A stretch of 64,000 nucleotides of DNA, from positions 496,001-560,000 of the forward strand of contig LSRY02000029.1 of assembly GCA_001643675.2 (NCBI GenBank). Reading direction: 5' to 3'. Under the pieces are notes generated by a model, which saw only the letters and a program-made list of their open reading frames with translations, did no database searches and was not told the origin of the DNA. The position numbers and the translations under genes were made by a program. How positions within the stretch are numbered: the stretch's first letter is position 1; the number at the start of each line of letters is the position of its first letter. Below, piece after piece: positions 52,506 through 61,000 of this stretch. Source of the DNA: Monocercomonoides exilis PA203. Lineage: Eukaryota; Protista; Preaxostyla.

Positions 52506-53475
52506 ATGTCAACAAAACCAACTTTCACCGATGCAGATTTTCCACTTGACGGAGAAGGGAGAACATACCACATTGGCATTAAACGTGGTGAAGTGGCAAA
52601 CAGAGTTTTAACATGTGGAGACGTTCAACGTGTCAGAGTTTTGGAGAAATTTCTCGATAAAAAATTGTGTGAAGTTTGTTCTGAACGAGGATTTCTGACT
52701 GTTACAGGTTTAATTGATGGAGTCCCTGTTACATTGCTTGCGTCTTTGATGGGGTATCCAAATATGGATTTTGCTGTGCGTGAAACTCTTGCAATGGTAG
52801 ATGGAACGATGGTGTGTGTCAGATTTGGAACATGCGGAACTCCTTCAACGGAGTGCAATATTGGAGATCTTGCACTTGCTACAGAATGCAGAGGTATATA
52901 TAGAAATCCTGATGCATTCCGTAAAAGACCAGAAGGAGCACCAGAGCCGACAACGGAGGAAAGATATCATATAACTCTTCCTGTTCCAGCTGATCCTGCA
53001 CTCTTTAATCATATGAAAGAAGTTTTACTCAAGCAATTCCCTGATCATTTGAAAGTCGGATGCAATTTTAGTGGTTGCACATTTTATGCATCACAAGGGA
53101 GACCAGGAGTGCATTTTGAGGATCACAATGAAGATTTGTTAGATCGAATTGCTGCAATGCCAAGCGCTACTGCCATTGAAATGGAAACATTCCATTTATT
53201 TGATCTTGCAGATCTTAGCAAAGGAAGATTGAAGGCTGCAGGTTCAGCGTTAATTATTGCAAAGCGAGCAACAAAGGATTTTGTAACACCTGAGAAAAAG
53301 GCAAAGCTTGTTGACGAATATGGAAAGGCAATTCTCCATGCATTGGCGACATTCCCAATTCCTGAAGACGTATGCAATTTTTTTTTTTTAATAAATTATT
53401 ATTTATTTTTAAATAAAATTATTATTTGATTTTCAGCAATTGATGAAGGATCCCGCTTGCGTGTGGTTAAAGTAA
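52506..53475 (+). CDS. Uridine phosphorylase (PNP/UDP family 1), ~300 aa; exons 52506-53369, 53437-53475
   Basis: Motifs TYHIGIKRGEVANRVLTCGDVQR, ERGFLTVTG, MGYPNMD, RFGTCG, uracil-binding FYASQGR and IEMET. The 67-nt intron is gtatgc...tcag. Confidence 0.9.
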
Positions 53476-53872
53476 AGTATATTTAATGATTTTTGTTTTC
53501 AAAAAAGAAACTAAAAAGTGAAATTTTATTTGGTTTACCAACTTTTGCGAAAACGGAAGTGGTTTCTGTTATAAGCTGTAAAAATATTCCCCGCGTTTCT
53601 TGCACCTTATTCAGTTGTAATTGAGTGATCTTCATTTTGTTTTCCATTTTTTTCTGGTGAAATATTTATTTGTCATACACACATTTATATTTAATTTTGT
53701 TTATTAGCCGTGGAAAGAATAACCTTTTTAAAATTAAATCATTCAAATTTTTTATAAAATTTTTTCTCCTTTTTAAGAAAAAAAAAAGAAGAATGTTCTT
53801 CGTTAAATACAAGAAAACAAAAACATTATTCACAGAATATCACATTGCTGCATAAAACCATTAGAAACCTGT

Positions 53873-55018
53873 TTATTCCTTCTTGTTGATCTTTTCGAGT
53901 ACTTTTATAAGAGCTTGTGTTCCCATTTCTGCTCCTCCCTCAATCTCATCACGCAGCATCGTGTACAACTCCTTTGCCTTTTGCACCCCTGGTAGCACAA
54001 TCCCCATTTTATCGCACTCTTCGCATACAATTGTCAGATCCTTCACAAAATGTTTCACAAAAAACCCAGGCGAGAGATCACCTTTTACAACTCTTGGCCA
54101 ATAAACAGATAGCGAGAACGATGCTGCAGCTCCTCCACCAACTGCATTTAGAACTTCTGTTGGATCCAATCCAGAACGTTGTGCATACAAAAGTCCTTCG
54201 CATACACCAATCATTGTGGATGCAATAATTGTTTGATTTACGGCTTTTGTGTGCTGGCCTGCTCCGGCTCCTCCCATCAAGTTGTAAGTTTTCCCCATGA
54301 TCTTAAAAAGAGGAATCATTTGATCAAACGCTTCCTTATCTCCTCCACACATAATTGTGAGTCGCGCTTCTTTAGCTCCAACGTCACCTCCAGAAACAGG
54401 GCAATCTAAAGTGCGAACTCCTTTCATCTTCGCCTCTTCATAAATATTCTTTGCAAGAGTTGGTGTGGATGTTGTAAAATCGCATATGATATCTCCTTCT
54501 TTGCAACCTATCAATAATTGGTATAATGCTCAATTAAAAATAAAAGTTAAAAAAAAACCCGCGAGGACTCCGTTGGTTTGATTTAAAACAACATCACGAA
54601 CTGAAATTCAAAAAGACAGGTATTTATTTGTAAAAAAAAATATGATTTAGCAATACCATCATAAGGAAATCCTACCATGATGCATATTATTTGAGAAGCT
54701 TCTGCCACCTTTGAAAAATAATTAAAATCATAATATTATCACAAACAAGCAAAAACAATAAATTCATTTAAAACCTGTTTTGGTGAATCAACCCATTTAG
54801 CACCTTTAGCAGAATTCATTTATTGGAAAAAAATATCCCAGTTATTCATCAAAATAATAAAATAAAATATAATTGTGTTTACCCAATCCAATAAGAGCTT
54901 CGGCCTTTGATTTCGTACGATTAAAAATCGTTAAGTGATATCCGGCTTTTATTAAATGCTCACACATATAAAACCCCATTACTCCAGTTCCAATCCATCC
55001 GATTTCCGTTATGCTCAT
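53873..55018 (-). CDS. NAD(P)-dependent beta-hydroxyacid dehydrogenase (3-hydroxyisobutyrate dehydrogenase/tartronate semialdehyde reductase family), ~297 aa; exons 55018-54883, 54803-54775, 54708-54657, 54600-54559, 54507-53873
   Basis: Splicing restores the Rossmann motif [13 protein letters not shown]...FNRTKSKA...[32 protein letters not shown]. Also [11 protein letters not shown], the catalytic Lys region [11 protein letters not shown] and [11 protein letters not shown]. The total of 894 nt is in frame. Confidence 0.93.
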
Positions 55019-55874
55019 CTTAAAATATCCAAACTATGGTAATTTTTTCACAGAAAATTTTTTTTTCTTTTTTAAACTGCGATATATTTTTTTGCTTTCA
55101 GAATTTTGTTCCACTTAATTATTTCATTCTTTTTACTCAATTTTCTTTATTTTCTTTCATTTTGTCATTTTCAATATTTATCTTATAATTATTAGGTGGA
55201 GAAAAGTTTGGAATATAACAAGGTTTCTTTTATAAATAAAAAAATATCTCCCCAATTGAAATTTGGCGCTTTTGATATATTAATTGAAGATGACTTGAAT
55301 ATCTGTTATTCTTTTTTTAAAAACGCAAATGTTTAATATTCATTTGAAATTAGATATTCAATAAAAACAAATAAAGAATTCTGAAAGTTCATTCATGAGT
55401 ATATTCAGTTGTGAAAACTATTTCCATTCAGCGCAAAATTTTTATGAAAATAAATTTTCATGATTTTGTAATGTGTAATCAAACAATGTGATGTAAAATT
55501 AGTTATTAATTGTCCAATTTCCATGAAGATGATTTTTTTTCTTAAATAGTTGAAAATTTGCATGTTCATTGTCAAATAATAAAAATCGGGGTTCAATCTC
55601 TCAATTATTTTTTGAATAATGAAAAAATTAAATATTCTGATTTCCTTCCGATTATCAGCCAAAAACCAATTTTTCTTCAAAAAAATATTAAATTATATTC
55701 TTTTTGAAAAAAAGTTGACCAATCTCGAATAATACACAGTCCAAACCTGATATAAACATATTGAATACAATCACATTCGTTTGCAGTCACATTTTTCCAT
55801 GCACAAACATTTTCGTCGTGTATTTCATTCATTTTCTGTCGCATATAATCACAGAGCTGAAAATATATCGGGCA

Positions 55875-56830
55875 AAATATTTCACTTCAAGCATTTTCAT
55901 TGAAAAAATTTTCACTTTTCATTGACTTTTTTATATCAAAAAATACAATAATAATGGGTCCATTTTTTGACATTCGTGAAATGTTAAAAAACTTTGTGTT
56001 TTGATTTCAACGATGCCTGTTTTTGGATATGAAAATCAAATTTATCTTGAAATCTGAGAAAGAAAAAAAAATGTTATGAGCGAAGTCATTTTTCAATCCC
56101 TTGTGCAAAAAATGCTTGAAAGTCCATATTTTCCTTTAACAGAGTTAGTATTGTTGAGGTGTATTCGGAGGAAAATTTTCGGAATTATTCATTTTTCATT
56201 TTTTGAGTTCTCGATCTTGTCCAGTATTTTTAGCGCAAAACACAGTCAAAACTGGATATAATCACATCAGGTTTTGCACAATTTTTTGTGACTATATCCG
56301 ATTGTGATTATATTAGATGCAACTTCATTCAGAAAAAAACAAATTTGAATTAATTCATTAATAAAATATGTGTCAATTTTTTCATTTTTGAATAATCTTT
56401 TTCAAAAATGCACATTTTTAACTTTCGAAATCAATTTTCATCATCAAGCCTGTGTGATGCAAATAATTGAAACATAATTTTGAAAATTTTGAAAATTGAA
56501 ATTTTTGATCAAAAAATCGATTTTTCATTGAAAAAAGCACCCGTTATAAAAATAATTGTGATAATATGGAGGAAAATATGGACTTTCAAGCATTTTTTGC
56601 ACAAGGGATTGAAAAATGACTTCGCTCATAACATTTTTTTTTCTTTCTCAGATTTCAAGATAAATTTGATTTTCATATCCAAAAACAGGCATCGTTGAAA
56701 TCAAAACACAAAGTTTTTTAACATTTCACGAATGTCAAAAAATGGACCCATTATTATTGTATTTTTTGATATAAAAAAGTCAATGAAAAGTGAAAATTTT
56801 TTCAATGAAAATGCTTGAAGTGAAATATTT
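55875..56830. repeat. Long inverted repeat: arms 55875-56135 and 56570-56830 (261 bp each), 434-bp spacer; possible foldback/MITE-like element
   Basis: The left arm aaatatttcacttcaagc...agtccatattttcct is the reverse complement of the right arm aggaaaatatggact...gcttgaagtgaaatattt. No mismatch was seen by eye. Confidence 0.93.
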
Positions 56831-58032
56831 AAACTTTGTAAAAATGCGAGACTTTTATTTTTGTGAAGACTGAATTCAAATCATATTAATTTTTGTAAGC
56901 TCAAAGAAATTAAAAATCTTTTTTCTCAGAAATTTCAAAAATTATTTTTGTTATAAATCGCCGATATAAAAATGAAATTCTTGAATGCCTAATAAATACG
57001 TATTGATAAAGTATATTTGGAAATTAATTATCCAAATTATTCCTCTCTCTCAGTTTTTGAGAAATCGATATTGTTCGGTATTTTTTGCACAAACTGTGTT
57101 GTATTATTTAATGAATGTGTTAAATTCACTTGGATGCTTTTTCATTTTATGAAAAATATGTTTATAACTATCCCATTGACAATGATTTTTCAAAAATGAT
57201 GGATTTCCACACAGTCAAGACAAACAAATTTCCAAAAATAAAAAATAACCAAAATTGTTTACATCATGGAAAAAATAGGTTGTGTGTGTAAAAGATGAAT
57301 TGAATCGTTATATTAATATTGAAAAATTCATCAAAAGTCGGATTTTCTAAAATAAAAATTATTTATTTCAAAAAAAAGTAATATGGCACTCCTATTAAAA
57401 ATTTGTATATGAATAGATGTCATATGAACTAATATACAACTATGCAAATTTCTGAAAATTAATATTGAATATTTGTTGAGATGTTTTGATTTTAAAATTT
57501 TGTGCGGATAAAAAAAAAGTCCGGATAAAAAAAACCACCCTATCTCTCTTTTTTTTTTTCATTAATTCTTTTTTATCGAAAATGATAAACATGTTTGACA
57601 TTTGAAAATAATTTTTGTCAAATCCTTTATTTAATCACTCTTTTGATTATGTTATAATCGAACAACATTTCTTATGGGGATAAATGGATAATAAACTAAT
57701 TTTTTCACTAGAGTGCTCATTTCGAAACAACTAACTGAAGAAAAAATAAAAAATTTAAATGAATATGAAAATGATAATGATGATAATTGATAATAATGAA
57801 TTTTGAAACTCAAAAGAAAGATTTTACTTAGAAAAGACGTTCCATTGAGAAAAATTCGAAATAACACAAAATTCCCAAAAAATTCTTTCATTTTGTTCCA
57901 AATTAATCATCTCAAATGTGTTGTTTTATGATGCTTTTTAATATCTAACATTTGTTTTTTTTATCAAAGTTAAGAACAATGAATAATTTCATTTTCAAAA
58001 ACCTCCCATATGATTATTCTGCTGAAAAAGAA

Positions 58033-61000
58033 ATGATTTTTCCCTTTTTATTTTCCTTTTTTGTTGGAATTTGCCAATATCAGATCTGTTTTGACACGCA
58101 CGCTATAAATATTTGTGAAGTGCGCGAGAAAAGTGGACTTTTAAATCATGCTTCAAAGAAATCGAGCATATTCGAAAAAAAGCAATTTATGCGTGAAAAC
58201 TGGTCAGATAGAAGCCAGATCACTCACTCAGAAGGGACAAACATAAACGTTGTGCCTTGTCAGACTGAAATTGTTTCGCATCTTGCTTCATACAATTCGA
58301 CAATAAGTGTTTTTTGTATTCAATTCAGTTGCGAGTTGGAAAAAGCAGTTGTTTCATTGTTTGGGAAATCGGCATTTTTTGTGAGCAACTGCATATTATC
58401 TTCGCTGAAACAATTTCGAAATGGGCTTATTCATTCGTACGAGGCAAACATTTGCATTTGCAATTTATCTTTGGTTCAGTCTCATTCGAGCGTTTTTCTT
58501 CCTTCATTGATTTCATTTCCACCAACAAACATAGTTAGAGAACATCAAAGTTACATCGAAATCAGAGACACTTCGCTTTCGTCTTTTTCGCTGTTCAATT
58601 CAAACCCACTTATCCAATCATCGATAAACAACATTATAACGATACAATCCAGCACTTTTAGAAACATATCGCAACAACATCCCAAAGGCAACAAATTTGT
58701 CGAACATAATGCATCATTCACCATATCATCCTGCATTGTTTCAACCATATCCGACCCAACAGAAGGCTGTATTGTTCCAAAAGTGTCAGGCGGGTCGCTG
58801 AATCTTTTAAATTCTACATTTGTGAGATGCTTGAAAATTATTGGTCAAAAAATATATCACACAACAACAGAAGACACATTTGTGGATAACTGCTTGTATG
58901 AAAAATTCACGGGTATAGCAATATCACATGATTCGACTGGTTCTGTGATTATCAAAAACACAGACTTCACAAATTCAACAGAATGTCAAGGAGCATATAC
59001 AATAAAATATCGATTTTTCGACTCTATAAACAATTCTTTTTGGAATTTGAAAACATCTGGACTTTCATCATGTTTGCAGCCTTGCCAAGGATATGGGCCT
59101 TTAACAATTCAAAATAATTGTATGAAGTCATGTGAATCAAGATGGGGTGGAGGTTGCTGCCATATACATCATAGCTTTTCGAGTGCTGATCTTATTTCAA
59201 ATTGCAAGTTTAGAAATTGTTTTGTTACAAGTGTCTATGATTATTGCAATGGAGGTGGAGCAATCTGGAATGGAGAGGGTGCTAAAGTGTCATATTCGAA
59301 CGTTTTATTTGAGAATTGCTGCGCAAATGCCACTTTTGGTGGAGCTATCTGTTTTGATTCGAGAGACCATGCAACCCTTCATTGCTGCACTCTTTCTTAT
59401 TGCTTATTTATTGGGTGTGATGCGCTTGGAGAAGGTAAAGATTTGTATGCTATGAATCCGTGGCAGAATGCATTAAACGAGAGTCAATTTGTGTTCTGCT
59501 GGACAAATAAGTATTTGGAAGCCAACCGTCTGACTTTAGCAGAGAAAGGCGATAAAAGCAGTTGGATTGGAAAGCTTGGCAACATTTATGCAGACGTCCA
59601 AGGCACAGATTCTTTGGGATGTGGATGGGTAGAATTACCGTGCTTGACGATATACAACTCTGTTAAAATTGCTTCTGTTTCAGGCAAAGGAAGTCCTGTG
59701 CATATTAAGATAGCTGCAGGTCAGTATATGGAACGGCAAATTGGAATTGACTCAAAGTATCTTGAATTCGAAGGATCAAATGACTTCGAAACAAAGTTGG
59801 CTTCTAATTCTTCAAATACAAAACCCCTCATTCAAATTTCGTCTGGATGTGCCACTCTGTTTGGCTTGTTCATCATAAGAAACTCTTCTGCATCGACTTC
59901 TCTGCCTTTATTCGCCATTTCTTCAGCGTCTGGAGAGCTTGTGCTCAGATCATGCAAGATAACTTCTGAGACAGCGCAATCTTCATCATTTCAGTCACCA
60001 TTGATATCACTTTCAGTTGGATTTTTTAACATGGTAAGCACAGTTGTTGAATCAATGATTTTTTCTGATGCATCAGCATTGGAAATATCCTCGTCTTCTG
60101 TGCAATGCTGCAGCTTCGAGAATTCAACGTTTCGAGATATCACCCGAAAGGAAGGAGACGGATCAGTGTTGGTGGTAAATATAATTTCTGGAAATGAATT
60201 GAAAATGGATGGAGTGCGATTTGAAAGGTGTATATGCAGCAAAGGAAATGGAGGCTCCATGAGCTGTATGTTGGATGCGAGCGGAAGATTGATGATTGGA
60301 AGTCTGAAGGTGATTGAAATGGAGGGATGCACAACGCCACAAGATATCATTAACAAAGGAAAAGGTGGAGGAATTCATTTGAAGTTGACGGGGAGTTCAT
60401 CAAACTTTGTCATACAGGAGACATCATTTTATGGATGTGCTGCTTGGAAGGGAAACAACATATTTGTTGATGCTATTTCATTAAGCTCGTCAATCACAGC
60501 AAGCACATTAAAATTTGTGCACACAGGGATGAGTGATGATGATCTGATGGGATTTGAAGAGCAGTGCAGGGCAGATCCTGTTCCTCTTCTTGCATATCTT
60601 CAGATATTTTCAGGAATAGCTCTTGTTGGAGGAGCTAAAAACAGAGATTTTTCAGGATGTGGCACAGCCAATTATCCATGTGGAAGCATTGGATATGCAG
60701 CAGCACTTCGTTTTCCCAGCAGCAAAAGAATTATCACACTGAATGCAGACTTTGAATGGACAGAATCTCTGATCTTTAATGTTTATGGATGGGAAGTGAA
60801 AAGTCCCGCAAGAGGGAGAGAAATTAAAGTGTTGAGCGAAGGCACGAGCACTTCTGAAGGAATGGTTACTGTTGAGATTGCAACCTCCATTTCGAATCTG
60901 AGTTTTTCAGCATCTTCACAATTAGGACAGCATTCTTGTTTTCTTTTGTGCCTGTCTGAGGAGCTTGCGATGACTGATTGCTCGCTGAAATGTTCATCAA

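Noticed and set aside
2765-53377. Numerous 60-320-aa ORFs overlapping the large genes on the antisense strand or in alternative frames (e.g. 16385-17353, 14456-15151, 20681-21292)
   Set aside because: They are shadows of low-complexity TCN-rich coding sequence (poly-Leu/Phe/His/Glu translations) with no independent motifs.
29187-53475. Functional gene cluster (flagellar NDK with CFAP47, or nucleotide salvage NDK with uridine phosphorylase)
   Set aside because: The genes are separated by unrelated genes and lie in mixed orientations, so proximity is compatible with chance in a compact genome.
55405-57891. Short ORFs within and around the inverted repeat as a transposase
   Set aside because: They are 60-91 aa, AT-biased in composition, and show no DDE, HUH or RT motifs.
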